DNA from: an uncultured Elusimicrobia bacterium
GTDB lineage: Bacteria > Elusimicrobiota > Elusimicrobia > 2-01-FULL-59-12
Length of the DNA: 64,000 bases
Direction: 5' to 3'
NCBI GenBank assembly: GCA_963702895.1
Contig: OY969767.1
Location: forward strand, 2,272,001-2,336,000
Each line of letters opens with the position of its first letter. Position 1 is the first letter of the stretch. The notes beneath the pieces were generated by a model. That model did not search any database and was not told the DNA's origin. It saw nothing but the letters and a program-made list of their open reading frames with translations. The translations under genes were made by a program, and so were the position numbers. Shown one piece after another: positions 1 through 10,563 of this stretch.

Positions 1-26
1 TTGCGACGGGCGGTAGCGAGTTTCAT
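1..26 (-). CDS. 5' end of an unidentified gene running off the left edge (MKLATARR...)
   Basis: ATG at 26 preceded by AGAAGGAG RBS and a TAAAAT -10-like box; only 8 codons visible. Confidence 0.5.
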
Positions 27-78
27 GCTCTTCTCCTTCTTAAACGAATTTTACCAAAGCCATAAACCCAGGATCTAT

Positions 79-1031
<953 letters not shown>

Positions 1032-1032
<1 letters not shown>

Positions 1033-2468
1033 TAAATGCCAGCCTTCGGCAAGAGCCGGAACCCTTGCGCGGAGTCCTCGACGACATAGCCGGCGTTCGA
1101 GATGTCCTGGCGCAGGCGGTCCGCCTCTTTCCAATCCTTGCGCTGGCGGGCCTCTTCGCGCGCGCGCGCCAGCGCCGTCACCTCAGGCGGAATCAAAATC
1201 CCCTGCAGGAAGGAAAAGAGGTCGAGCCCCAAGAGCTCCGCGCAGGATCGGACCCACTGCAAAATATAGCGGACCGACCCGCGGGAGATGGTGTTGGAGG
1301 CGAACTGCTTCTCCAGGAGCCGCACGAACTGATGGAGGACCCCCAGGGCTTCCGGCGTGTTGAAATCGTCCTGGAGCGCTTCGCGGAATTCACGAACGAG
1401 TAACGCGCTGGTCGAGGCAACCTCCGGAAGGATCTCGTCCGACTGGTCTACGCCGAATTCCTGCTTTTGGAGGACGCGGGTGGCCCTGGCGATCGCATCC
1501 CGAAGGCCCGAGAGCGCCTGGCGGCTTTGCTCGAGAATCTCCTCGGAGAAATCGAGCGGCGACCGGTAATGGACGGTGAGGAGCATATAGCGCACCACCG
1601 AAGGGTGATACTTGGCGAAGACTTCGGAAAGCGTGAAGAAATTCCCCAGGGACTTGGACATCTTTTCGCGGCTCACGGTCACAAAGCCGTTGTGCATCCA
1701 GAGCTGGACGAAGGGCTTTTGCGTGGCCGCTTCCGATTGGGCGATCTCGTTTTCATGGTGCGGAAAGATGAGGTCAAGCCCCCCCCCGTGAATGTCAAAA
1801 GGAACGCCTAAATGTTTCATCGACATCACGGAGCACTCGATGTGCCAGCCGGGACGGCCCTTGCCCCACGGCGAATCCCACGAGACCTCCGGGGGGTCCT
1901 CGGGCTTGGAAGCTTTCCATAAGGCAAAATCCAAGGGGTCCTTCTTGTCCTGGTTCACCTCGACACGGGCGCCCGCTTGCAGCTCCTGGAGCGGTTTCTT
2001 CGAGAGCTTGCCGTAGGAAGGAAAGGCCTTCACCGAATAATAGACATCGCCTCCCAAACGATAGGCCACTTTCTTGTCGAGAAGATCGCGGATGAGCGTG
2101 AGGATCTCCGGGATGTGTTCCGTCACTTTGGGGTAGGCGTCGGCCCTGGCGACGCCCAGAGCGTCCATTTTGCTAAAGAAATCCTCGATATTTTCACGGA
2201 CCAGATCAGCCGCGCGGACCCCCCGCTCGCGCGCGCGAGCGATGATCTTGTCATCGACATCCGTAAAGTTCTGGACATAGCGGACGTGGTAACCGTTGGC
2301 CACGAGCACCCGGCGCACCACGTCAAAGACCACGTAGCAGCGCGCGTGGCCCACATGGCAGACGTCATAAGGGGTGATGCCGCACACATACATCCGCACC
2401 GCCCCCGGCTCCAGCGGCTGGAAAGGGACGGTTTGGCCCGTTAAGGTGTTGTGAATTTGAATGGTCAT
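1032..2468 (-). CDS. cysS: Cysteine--tRNA ligase
   Basis: MYVCGITPY, HVGH (HIGH), GRPGWHIECS, DIHGGG.DL.FPHHENE, KMSKS motifs. Confidence 0.98.
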
Positions 2469-2516
2469 AAATTACTCATGCTCGTTCCTGGCAGAGTCTC
2501 GGAAAAGCCGAAAAGC

Positions 2517-2637
2517 TGTCATCGCGAGTCCGCCAGACGTCTGGCGGACGTGGCGATCTGTCATGGTCGTCGGAGATGACAGATTGCTTCGTCGGCCTTG
2601 CCCCATGAAGACAGCGGAAGGCCTCCTCGCAATGACA
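2517..2637. repeat. REP/REPIN-like palindromic element (GTCATCGCGAG...GCGATCT / AGATTGC...CTCGCAATGAC type)
   Basis: Terminal inverted arms plus internal hairpins in the ispF-cysS intergenic gap. Confidence 0.8.
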
Positions 2638-2648
2638 CCCTTGAGTCG

Positions 2649-3143
2649 TTATACGTCACCTTGCGTAGAACTTGAAAGCAAAACGACGGCGTGGGCGGCA
2701 ATGGCTTTGCCTTGTCCGATGTCGCCCAGGCCCTCGTTCGTTTTTCCTTTAATTTGGACGCTCGAGACAGGGATCGACAGGGCCTCGGCGATCGCCTCGC
2801 GCATCTTTTCGCGATAAGGAGAGATTTTCGGCTCTTCCGTGATGATGACGGAATCGACATTCACCACCCGGTAGCCGGCTCGGGTGATCTCCTCCACGGC
2901 CTTGGCGAGCATCGCGCGGCTCTTGATCCCTTGGAGGGAGGGATCCGACGGCGGAAAGTAATGGCCAATGTCCGGCAAGGCCGCCGCGCCTAAGAGCGCG
3001 TCGATCACGGCATGCAGCAAAGCGTCCGCGTCGGAATGGCCGTCTAAGCCCTTCTCGAATGGAATTTGGACGCCTCCCAGCCAGAGCGCCCGGCCTTTTT
3101 TCAAGCGGTGAATGTCATAACCGATCCCGACGCGAAAACTCAT
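2649..3143 (-). CDS. ispF: 2-C-methyl-D-erythritol 2,4-cyclodiphosphate synthase
   Basis: RVGIGYDIH, GHSDADALLHA.IDALLGA, DIGH.FP motifs. Confidence 0.97.
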   Translation of the reverse strand: MSFRVGIGYDIHRLKKGRALWLGGVQIPFEKGLDGHSDADALLHAVIDALLGAAALPDIGHYFPPSDPSLQGIKSRAMLAKAVEEITRAGYRVVNVDSVIITEEPKISPYREKMREAIAEALSIPVSSVQIKGKTNEGLGDIGQGKAIAAHAVVLLSSSTQGDV

Positions 3144-3850
3144 CAGCGACCCTCCAAAATAAGCCGTGCCAAGGCCAAATCCATGGGGACCGTGACCTTG
3201 AGATTGTCCGGCGATGATTCCACAAGCTTCACCCTCACCCCAAAACGCTCCACCAGCATTGCGTCGTCAGTAATCACATCATTTCGGCGAATGCCAGCCC
3301 GCCGGGATGACGGCCGTGACGCGTGGGCCCGATCCAATAAGGATCTCCTAAACACCTGCGGCGTTTGCGCCAGCCACACACGCTGTCTGGGCGGCGAGCC
3401 GATCACCGTATGGCCTTTCCCAGCAAGTTTCACCGTGTCCCTGCTGGGGCAGGCGGCGAGCGCCGCGCCGCAGCGGCGTGCCGCGGCGATCACCGACTCA
3501 ATGAGCGCCGGCCGCGCGAGCGGCCGCACGGCATCATGGACCGCGACATACCGGCACGCCTGTGGCACGGCCGAGAGGCCCTCGCGGACAGAATCCGCTC
3601 GAGACTTTCCGCCCGGGACAACCACAAAAATCTTTTTGAATTTCCAAGCCCGGACGAGCCTGCCGATCTGCCCCACATCCCCCCGCGGCACCACGAGCAC
3701 CACGAGCACCACCGACGGACATTTCTCGAAAGCCGCCGCCGACCACCACAAGAGCGGCCGCCCCTTCAAGCGAAGGTACTGCTTGCGAATCCTGCCACCG
3801 TAGCGGAGGCCCTTGCCGCCCGCCACGATGATGGCGGCGGTATCTTTCAT
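3143..3850 (-). CDS. ispD: 2-C-methyl-D-erythritol 4-phosphate cytidylyltransferase
   Basis: AGGKG.R...KQY, VHDAVRP, QTPQ.F, TDDA, N.KVT motifs; adjacent to ispF. Confidence 0.96.
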   Translation of the reverse strand: MKDTAAIIVAGGKGLRYGGRIRKQYLRLKGRPLLWWSAAAFEKCPSVVLVVLVVPRGDVGQIGRLVRAWKFKKIFVVVPGGKSRADSVREGLSAVPQACRYVAVHDAVRPLARPALIESVIAAARRCGAALAACPSRDTVKLAGKGHTVIGSPPRQRVWLAQTPQVFRRSLLDRAHASRPSSRRAGIRRNDVITDDAMLVERFGVRVKLVESSPDNLKVTVPMDLALARLILEGR

Positions 3851-4836
3851 TCTTTCTCTTTGATTTTGGTGAAGATCATGCGGCCCGCGGACGTCTGAAG
3901 CACGGAGCTTACCAGGACTTCCACTTTCTTTCCGACCATCCTGCGGCCCTCTTCGACGACGACCATGGTGCCATCGTCGAGATACCCCACGCCCTGCTCG
4001 CGTTCCTTGCCCTCTTTGGCGATAAAGATCACCATGTTCTCGCCGGGGAGCACGGCGGGCTTCAAAGCGTTGGCCAGGTCGTTGACGTTCAAGACCGTGA
4101 CCCCCTGCAGCGAAGCGACCTTGTTGAGATTGAAATCCGTCGTGATGATCTTGGCGTCGAGCTCGCGCGCCATCACCACGAGCTTGCCGTCCACGTCCTT
4201 CACCTCGGGATAGTCTTTCTCATAGATCTTGAGCTGGATCTCAGGATGGTCCTGGAGCCTTTGCAGAATCTCCAGCCCCCGACGGCCCCTTGCGCGCTTC
4301 ATGGCGTCGGAAGTATCGGCGATGTTCTGGAGCTCTTTGAGGATGAAGCGGCCCACGATGAGCGGCCCCGAGAGGAACTTCGTTTCGAAGACATCGGCCA
4401 CGCGGCCGTCAATGATCGCCGAGGTGTCGATCACTTTGATCTCCACGCCCTTGCGCCGGCCGCCTTTCATGGGAAAGTCCCCCTTGTCCAGATCCTCCAC
4501 TTCCTCCTGACGCCTGACCGCCAGAACGGCCCCTAAGTAGGTGAGCACGATAAAAACATACGGAGCAGCCTTCCCCATCCAGAGCGTGAGGCTGGGCTCG
4601 TTGACACGCGTGATGACCTCATTGACAAGAACAGCAAAGATAAACCCAAGCCCGCCGCCCAAGGCCCCATAGAGAAAATGGCTCAAGGGAACATGCTCCA
4701 TCAGGATTTCGACGCCGATCACAAAGAGCGCCGCGACAACACCCGCGGCGATCCCGCGCCAGTCGGAAGAAACCTTAAACCAGCCGATCACAGGAGAAAT
4801 AATGATGACCGTCAACCTAAAAAACCATAACGTCAT
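3847..4836 (-). CDS. Membrane PIN/TRAM-domain protein (YacL-like)
   Basis: N-terminal TMs, DTSAIIDGR, RGRRGL, TTDFNLNKVA, GVGYLDDGTMVVVE; conserved radA-yacL-ispD order. Confidence 0.92.
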   Translation of the reverse strand: MTLWFFRLTVIIISPVIGWFKVSSDWRGIAAGVVAALFVIGVEILMEHVPLSHFLYGALGGGLGFIFAVLVNEVITRVNEPSLTLWMGKAAPYVFIVLTYLGAVLAVRRQEEVEDLDKGDFPMKGGRRKGVEIKVIDTSAIIDGRVADVFETKFLSGPLIVGRFILKELQNIADTSDAMKRARGRRGLEILQRLQDHPEIQLKIYEKDYPEVKDVDGKLVVMARELDAKIITTDFNLNKVASLQGVTVLNVNDLANALKPAVLPGENMVIFIAKEGKEREQGVGYLDDGTMVVVEEGRRMVGKKVEVLVSSVLQTSAGRMIFTKIKEKE

Positions 4837-6242
4837 GATACAGTCCTTTCATCCCCCGCGACGGGGGGATCTTGAAGTGCTTCGGAAAGCCAGCGGACGC
4901 CCTGGATATCAAGGTGCAAGGAATGGAGCTCCCGTCCGGATTCCCGAAGGTTGGTTTGCGGAACCACAGCGCGCTTAAAACCCAACTGTGCGGCCTCGGC
5001 GAGGCGCAGCGGCAGTCCTGCGACGGAACGAACTTCTCCGCCGAGGCCTACCTCGCCGATCCACACGGTCGCGGGATCGAGCGTCTGGTTGCGATGCGCG
5101 CTCGCCACGGCGAGCGCGACGCCCAAATCGATGGCGGGTTCTTTGATTTTGACCCCGCCCACAAGATTCACGAAAACATCCTCATTCTCAAGATGGAGGC
5201 CCAGGCGCTTCTCGAGAACGGAAATAAGAAGCAGCGCCCGGTTGGCGTCCAAGCCCGTCACCATGCGCTTGGGAAAACCAAAATGCGTCCGCGAGACCAG
5301 GGACTGGACTTCCACCATGAGCGGACGCGTCCCCTCCAGGCTCGCCACCACAACGGAGCCGGGGGTCTTCGTTCGCTCGCTCAGGAAAAGTTCAGACGGG
5401 CTTTTGACACCCTCGAGGCCTCTGCCGGTCATGCGAAAGACCCCCACTTCATGGGTCGGCCCAAACCGGTTCTTGTAGGAGCGCAAGAGCCGGAAGACTT
5501 GCTCGCGTTCCGACTCAAAATAGAGCACGGTGTCCACCATGTGTTCCAGGACCCGAGGACCCGCGAGGTCTCCTTCCTTGGTGACGTGGCCCAGCACAAA
5601 GACGGCGATGCCGCGGGACTTGGCGAGGCGCAAGACCTCAGCCGTGCATTCCCGGACCTGGCCCACGGACCCCGGGGCGCTCACCATATCCTCGCGGTAG
5701 GTCGTTTGAATGGAATCGATGACGCAAAAGGACGGGGCGACTTTGTCGATGGCCTCAATGATTCTCGAAAGCTCCGTCTCGGACATGAGCGAAAGCGCAG
5801 GCGCCTGAAGCCCCAACCGATGCGCTCGGTCTTTGATTTGCTCGAGTGATTCTTCCCCTGAAATATAGAGCCCCCGGCCTTTCGTGCGGCAAAGGCCTTC
5901 CGCGATCTGAAGCATCAGGGTGGACTTGCCGATGCCGGGGGGGCCCCCAAGGAGAATCAAAGACCCCGGCACGACCCCGCCGCCCAGGACGCGGTCAAAT
6001 TCCGCCATACCGCTTGACGCGCGGGCGATGGGCGCGAGCGCCACGTCCTCTAAGCGAACGATCTCGGATGAAAACGAGGTGAGCGCGCGGTTGCGGATGC
6101 CGGCGGAGGTCCTGGCGGAGGGCGCTTCTTCCTCTTCCACGAAGGTATTCCACTGTTCGCACTCGGGGCACCGCCCGAGCCACCGGGCGCTGGAGTGTCC
6201 GCACTCCTGGCAACGAAAAGAGGTTTTGGTTTTCGTCTTCAT
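4833..6242 (-). CDS. radA: DNA repair protein RadA/Sms
   Basis: C4 zinc finger (CQECG...CPEC), GPPGIGKST, KNRFG motif, Lon-like C-terminus. Confidence 0.97.
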   Translation of the reverse strand: MKTKTKTSFRCQECGHSSARWLGRCPECEQWNTFVEEEEAPSARTSAGIRNRALTSFSSEIVRLEDVALAPIARASSGMAEFDRVLGGGVVPGSLILLGGPPGIGKSTLMLQIAEGLCRTKGRGLYISGEESLEQIKDRAHRLGLQAPALSLMSETELSRIIEAIDKVAPSFCVIDSIQTTYREDMVSAPGSVGQVRECTAEVLRLAKSRGIAVFVLGHVTKEGDLAGPRVLEHMVDTVLYFESEREQVFRLLRSYKNRFGPTHEVGVFRMTGRGLEGVKSPSELFLSERTKTPGSVVVASLEGTRPLMVEVQSLVSRTHFGFPKRMVTGLDANRALLLISVLEKRLGLHLENEDVFVNLVGGVKIKEPAIDLGVALAVASAHRNQTLDPATVWIGEVGLGGEVRSVAGLPLRLAEAAQLGFKRAVVPQTNLRESGRELHSLHLDIQGVRWLSEALQDPPVAGDERTVS

Positions 6243-6248
6243 AAAACC

Positions 6249-7658
6249 TTATCGGGCGAAGGTGACAAAGCCGAGGAGATAGGCGACGTCCTTATCCTCG
6301 AAGGCGACATTGACGACGCCATGGAGGTTCGTTGTTTCCGCGATATCATCCGACGTGATGCCGGCCGTGAGCCACTGGTTCAGTTTCACACGCGCCCCCG
6401 CGCTGTAATTGGGGTTGGTAAAGTGCCGGCCTTTAATGATGGCGTCGCGGCCAAAGTCCGACCCCTGCCCCAAAAGCTCCAGGCGATTGAGGACCGGCAC
6501 CTCGGTATTCTGGAAGGGGCGGTAGCGGGCCTCGACGCCTCCGCGCGATTTGATCATCCCGACGGCCCCCGTGAAGGACCCCCAATGCTGACCGATGAGC
6601 GCCGTAATGGTATTGGTCCTCTCGTAATCCTGGTCGTCCTCGCGCGTGCTGCCCGAGAAGGACAGGTGCTGCCCCATAATCTCATAAAACTTGTTGGGCC
6701 GTGGCTCAAGCCTCAGTCCCACATCTCCTTTGGACTGGCCCACACGGAAATCCTGTCGTCCCTGCACGATCCAGAACGCCCTCACCTTGGTGAAGCGCGC
6801 CAGGACCTCTTTGGCGGATTCGCTGGTCTGCTTGAGGTTGGTCACCGTGTCCTTGATGTCCTCACCCGTCTTTTTATCATTCAGGAGCACGCCGAGCGTG
6901 CCTTCCCCGCGCTGCACGCCGGCCAGGATCGTGTTGGACTTATCCAGGGTTTCCTTGAGGTTGCGAATGGCGGATTTGATTTCCTCTTTGCTCGATTTCA
7001 AGATCTCATCCAGGTGGCTGGCCACCGACTTGGCGTGCTCAGAGAAGGACTCGACATTCTTCACAATCGTGACCAGGGCCTGGCGCTGCTGGCCGACCGC
7101 GGCATTGAGCGAATCGGTGATCTGACGGAGGTTTTCCATGGTCGCGTTGAGGTTCGACCCCAGCTTTCCTCCGCCGGTAATGTCATCGAGGGATTTGGCC
7201 ACGCGTTCCATGAGCTCGTCAATGGAGAGCGTATCCTGGCCGCGCAGCGTCTCGCCGCCCTGAAGTTGCTGGTCCTGCGGCGACAGGTTCGGGTCGGGCC
7301 TGCCGGGATCCAGCGCAATAAATTTGGTGCCGATAATGCCGGTGCTGCGAATACGCACCGCGGCGTTCTTATAAATCGGGATCCCCTTTTGGAGCGCCAT
7401 CGTGATGTGCGCGCGCCCGTCCTCAAGCTCCACGGCCTTGACGGACCCCACCTCGACGCCAAAAATCTTCACGGGGGACTTGTCCGTGATGCCTTCGATG
7501 CTGTTAAAGGTGGCGTGGAAATAGTTCTGCGGACGAAACCGGATGTCTCCCAACATGAGGATGCTGATCATCAGGACCGCAACACCCATCAGGACAAAAA
7601 GACCGACCTTGCTTTCGGCGGAAAGCCGCGGGGTGTTCTCCGGGTCAAGCTCACTCAT
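6249..7658 (-). CDS. mlaD: Long MlaD/MCE protein (TM + MCE + helical stalk + beta-rich C-terminus)
   Basis: KVGLFV TM, SPVKIFGVEVGSV and GIIGTKFIAL.PG MCE motifs; downstream of mlaEF. Confidence 0.9.
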   Translation of the reverse strand: MSELDPENTPRLSAESKVGLFVLMGVAVLMISILMLGDIRFRPQNYFHATFNSIEGITDKSPVKIFGVEVGSVKAVELEDGRAHITMALQKGIPIYKNAAVRIRSTGIIGTKFIALDPGRPDPNLSPQDQQLQGGETLRGQDTLSIDELMERVAKSLDDITGGGKLGSNLNATMENLRQITDSLNAAVGQQRQALVTIVKNVESFSEHAKSVASHLDEILKSSKEEIKSAIRNLKETLDKSNTILAGVQRGEGTLGVLLNDKKTGEDIKDTVTNLKQTSESAKEVLARFTKVRAFWIVQGRQDFRVGQSKGDVGLRLEPRPNKFYEIMGQHLSFSGSTREDDQDYERTNTITALIGQHWGSFTGAVGMIKSRGGVEARYRPFQNTEVPVLNRLELLGQGSDFGRDAIIKGRHFTNPNYSAGARVKLNQWLTAGITSDDIAETTNLHGVVNVAFEDKDVAYLLGFVTFAR

Positions 7659-8412
7659 AGGCTCTCACCTTCATCTGAATGGGACCCTGGGCGGAACCGG
7701 TGACAAACTGCTGCACGACGGGGTTGGTTGAATTCTTGATATTGTCCGGCGTGTCAATTTGAATAATTCTCCCTTCGTAAAGCATCGCGATACGACTGGA
7801 TATTTTATAAGCGGACCGCATGTCGTGCGTGATCACGACCCCCGTTTGGCCCAGTTTCGTGTGCAAATCGACGATCAGATCATTGATGACGTCGGACATG
7901 ATCGGATCAAGCCCCGTCGTCGGCTCATCATAGAATAAATATTTGGGGCCCATGGCGATGGAACGGGCGATTGAAACACGCTTGCGCATGCCGCCGGAGA
8001 GCTCCGAAGGTTTCAGGCGCTCAATACCGTGAAGTCCGACGAGCGCGAGCTTCTCCTCAACGGTGCTGCGGAGCTCCTTGTCCGTCACCTGTCCCAGCTG
8101 TCTCAGACCAAAGGCGACGTTTTCTCCGACCGTGAGCGAATCAAACAAGGCGCCTCCCTGAAAGACGTAGGAGAATTGGCGCTGCGTTCCAGAGAGCTCC
8201 TCCTCGCGCATCTGTGTGATGTCCTGGCCGTCCACGACAATACGCCCCCGATCGGCTTTGAGCAACCCTAGCATGAGCTTGAGCGTCACGCTTTTACCCG
8301 TGCCGGAGCCTCCGATGATCGTGAGGGTCTCGCCGTCACGAACGTCGAGCGTACAGCCCCGCAGGACCCGGTTGCGTCCAAACGCCTTATGAACATTCTC
8401 GAATAGAATCAC
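7651..8412 (-). CDS. mlaF: MlaF-type ABC transporter ATPase
   Basis: GGSGTGKS, LSGGMRKR, YDEPTTGLDP, THD motifs. Confidence 0.93.
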   Translation of the reverse strand: MILFENVHKAFGRNRVLRGCTLDVRDGETLTIIGGSGTGKSVTLKLMLGLLKADRGRIVVDGQDITQMREEELSGTQRQFSYVFQGGALFDSLTVGENVAFGLRQLGQVTDKELRSTVEEKLALVGLHGIERLKPSELSGGMRKRVSIARSIAMGPKYLFYDEPTTGLDPIMSDVINDLIVDLHTKLGQTGVVITHDMRSAYKISSRIAMLYEGRIIQIDTPDNIKNSTNPVVQQFVTGSAQGPIQMKVRAYE

Positions 8413-8475
8413 ACCATTAACCCGAAATCTTCCTTTGGAATAGCTTTATCGTCCGGCCCTGATGCACTTTTCTGT

Positions 8476-8564
8476 GCCGTCATCCCCCCCGGCCGTAAGG
8501 GGGGGATCCATCATTTCGTTGACGAAGATGATAGACCCCGGCTAACGGCCGCCGGGGTGACGGC
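8476..8564. repeat. REPIN-like element, GTCATCCCC...GGATCC family
   Basis: GCCGTCATCCCC...GGGGTGACGGC inverted ends with two internal hairpins. Confidence 0.8.
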
Positions 8565-8591
8565 TCTACTATCGAGTACGAACTTCCCCGG

Positions 8592-9404
8592 TTAACCGAT
8601 TCCAAACGAGACCAGGATCGCCGACAAGAAGTAGTCGAGCACCAGCACCAGCACCATCGAGATCACCACGGCGCTCGTCGTGGCCTTGCCGACGCCCTCG
8701 GCGCCTCCCTCACAGGTAAACCCCTTGTAGCAGGAGACCACGACGATAATGACCGCAAAGAACACGGACTTCGTAAGGCCGTGCACGCATTCTCGCCACC
8801 CTATTTCTTTAATTTCGTTCAGATAGACCGTCATGGGGATGCCCAGACGATAGATGGAGACGATCTCTCCGCCGATGATGCCGATAAAGATGGCGAACAT
8901 CGTCAAAAGCGGAATGCTCAAAAGGCATGCGATAAAGCGCGGGACCGCGAGATACTTCACGGGGTTGGTCCCCAGCGTATAGAGCGCGTCAATTTGCTCC
9001 GTCACCTTCATGGTCCCCAGTTCCGCCGCAATGGCCGCGCCCACGCGCCCCGACACCACGACCGCCGTGAGGACCGGGCCCAGCTCCTTGGTGAGCGAAA
9101 GCCCCACCACGGTCCCGACGTAGAGCGGTTCGTTGAAAACTTTGCGGAAGGAATAGCCCGTTTGAAGGGCAAGCACCATCCCCGTGAAGAGGCTGGTGAG
9201 CGCCGTGACCGGAAACGATTCCACGCCGATTGCCACGATCTGCTCGTAGACCGCGCCGCGCTGGGCGGATTTGAGCCAATAAATCGTTTGGCGGGTGAGG
9301 ATCACCATCCTGCCCATGGCTTCCGCGATCGAGACGAGCGTCCCTCCTAAAAGCTGAAGGAGCTTCTGCTCAAAAGGCGATTCGACGACTTCTTCTTCAC
9401 TCAT
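8592..9404 (-). CDS. mlaE: MlaE-type ABC transporter permease
   Basis: KELGPVLTAVVVSGRVGAAIAAELGTMKVTEQIDAL, GGAEGVGKATT. Confidence 0.95.
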   Translation of the reverse strand: MSEEEVVESPFEQKLLQLLGGTLVSIAEAMGRMVILTRQTIYWLKSAQRGAVYEQIVAIGVESFPVTALTSLFTGMVLALQTGYSFRKVFNEPLYVGTVVGLSLTKELGPVLTAVVVSGRVGAAIAAELGTMKVTEQIDALYTLGTNPVKYLAVPRFIACLLSIPLLTMFAIFIGIIGGEIVSIYRLGIPMTVYLNEIKEIGWRECVHGLTKSVFFAVIIVVVSCYKGFTCEGGAEGVGKATTSAVVISMVLVLVLDYFLSAILVSFGIG

Positions 9405-10563
9405 GCGTCATCACCCTTGGGACACGATCCGCAAGTCCGCAAAGAATCTCATAGGCGTTGGTTTGCGCCCACTCCGCCATCTCGAGCGCCGTGATCGTTT
9501 GCGTTCCCTGAGTCCCCAGGAGCACCACCTCATCCCCCACGCGACAGGGGTCGATGTCCGTAACGTCGACCATGGTCATGTCCATCGTCACGCGCCCCAG
9601 GACCGGAGCGCGCCGGCCCTGCAGGAGGACCTGTCCCTTGTTGGAAAGCAGGCGCGGCAGGCCGTCCGCGTAACCCACGGCGAGCGTCGCCACAAGCGTC
9701 TTGCGCCGGGCGGTCCAGGTCCGGGCATAGCTGATGCTTGAACCCGCCGGGACCGTCTTCAAGAAAATGATCCGCGATTTCCAGGTCATCGCTTGTTTTA
9801 ACGAAATCTTCTGGCTGGCGCCAAGGAAAGGATCGACACCATAAAACGCGATACCGGGACGAACCAGGTTCCCGTGCGTTTCGGCAAAACGCAACATCGC
9901 TGACGAGTTGGCCATATGGACCCACCGGGGAGAAATGCCGGCCTCACGGGCGGCCTGAATGACGGATCTAAACGCGGATGCCTGCTCGCGCGTGTAGACA
10001 GGGTCGACATCGGAACTTGCGAAATGGGTGTAGAGGCCTTCCAGCTCCAGGCCCCGCATCGCGGCGACCTGCGTAATGAAACCCAGCGCATTCAGAGTGG
10101 AAACACCGATGCGCCCGAAACCGGTATCGATCTTCAGGTGGACCGGCAGGGATCTTCCTTTTTGCGTCGCCATACGGTCCAGCGCCTGAGCGGCCTCGAG
10201 GCTTGCGACCGTGGGGGTGAGCCGGTAGTCAAAAAGAGGGGCAAAACTCTCGAACGGGAATAGGCTCCCCAGGATGAGAACCGGGACCTGGAAACCGGCC
10301 TTGCGTAGCTGGATCCCCTCCTCCACGCTTGAAACCCCCAGGTAGGCCGCCCCCTCTTCCACCGCGACCTTGGCGACAGAAAGAATCCCGAGACCATAAC
10401 CGTTGGCTTTCACCACCGCCAGCATCTGGACGTCGGGGGCGAGTTGGGAGCGCAGGGCACGCCAATTCGCGCGCAGGGCGCCCTCGTGGACTTCAAGCCA
10501 ACAGGGTCTGAAAAAAGAGGAGGTCGTGGAGGGAGTCGAGCTCAGGCTGGCCGCGGCGCTCAC
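9397..10563 (-). CDS. alr: Alanine racemase
   Basis: AVVKANGYG PLP lysine, HLKIDTG.GR.G, GYADG, GRVTMD. Confidence 0.96.
   Translation of the reverse strand: MSAAASLSSTPSTTSSFFRPCWLEVHEGALRANWRALRSQLAPDVQMLAVVKANGYGLGILSVAKVAVEEGAAYLGVSSVEEGIQLRKAGFQVPVLILGSLFPFESFAPLFDYRLTPTVASLEAAQALDRMATQKGRSLPVHLKIDTGFGRIGVSTLNALGFITQVAAMRGLELEGLYTHFASSDVDPVYTREQASAFRSVIQAAREAGISPRWVHMANSSAMLRFAETHGNLVRPGIAFYGVDPFLGASQKISLKQAMTWKSRIIFLKTVPAGSSISYARTWTARRKTLVATLAVGYADGLPRLLSNKGQVLLQGRRAPVLGRVTMDMTMVDVTDIDPCRVGDEVVLLGTQGTQTITALEMAEWAQTNAYEILCGLADRVPRVMTHE

Noticed and set aside
2461..2860. ORFs 2461-2817(+) and 2561-2860(-)
   Set aside because: Translations of the REP element plus ispF overlap
3847..4836. 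PIN toxin of a toxin-antitoxin pair
   Set aside because: Membrane PIN/TRAM (YacL-like) gene in its usual radA-ispD context; no antitoxin
6195..7703. Long plus-strand ORFs (also 10692-12050, 14647-16008, 23248-24297, 38666-39994, 59039-60619)
   Set aside because: Antisense shadows of well-supported minus-strand genes in GC-rich DNA; no recognisable motifs
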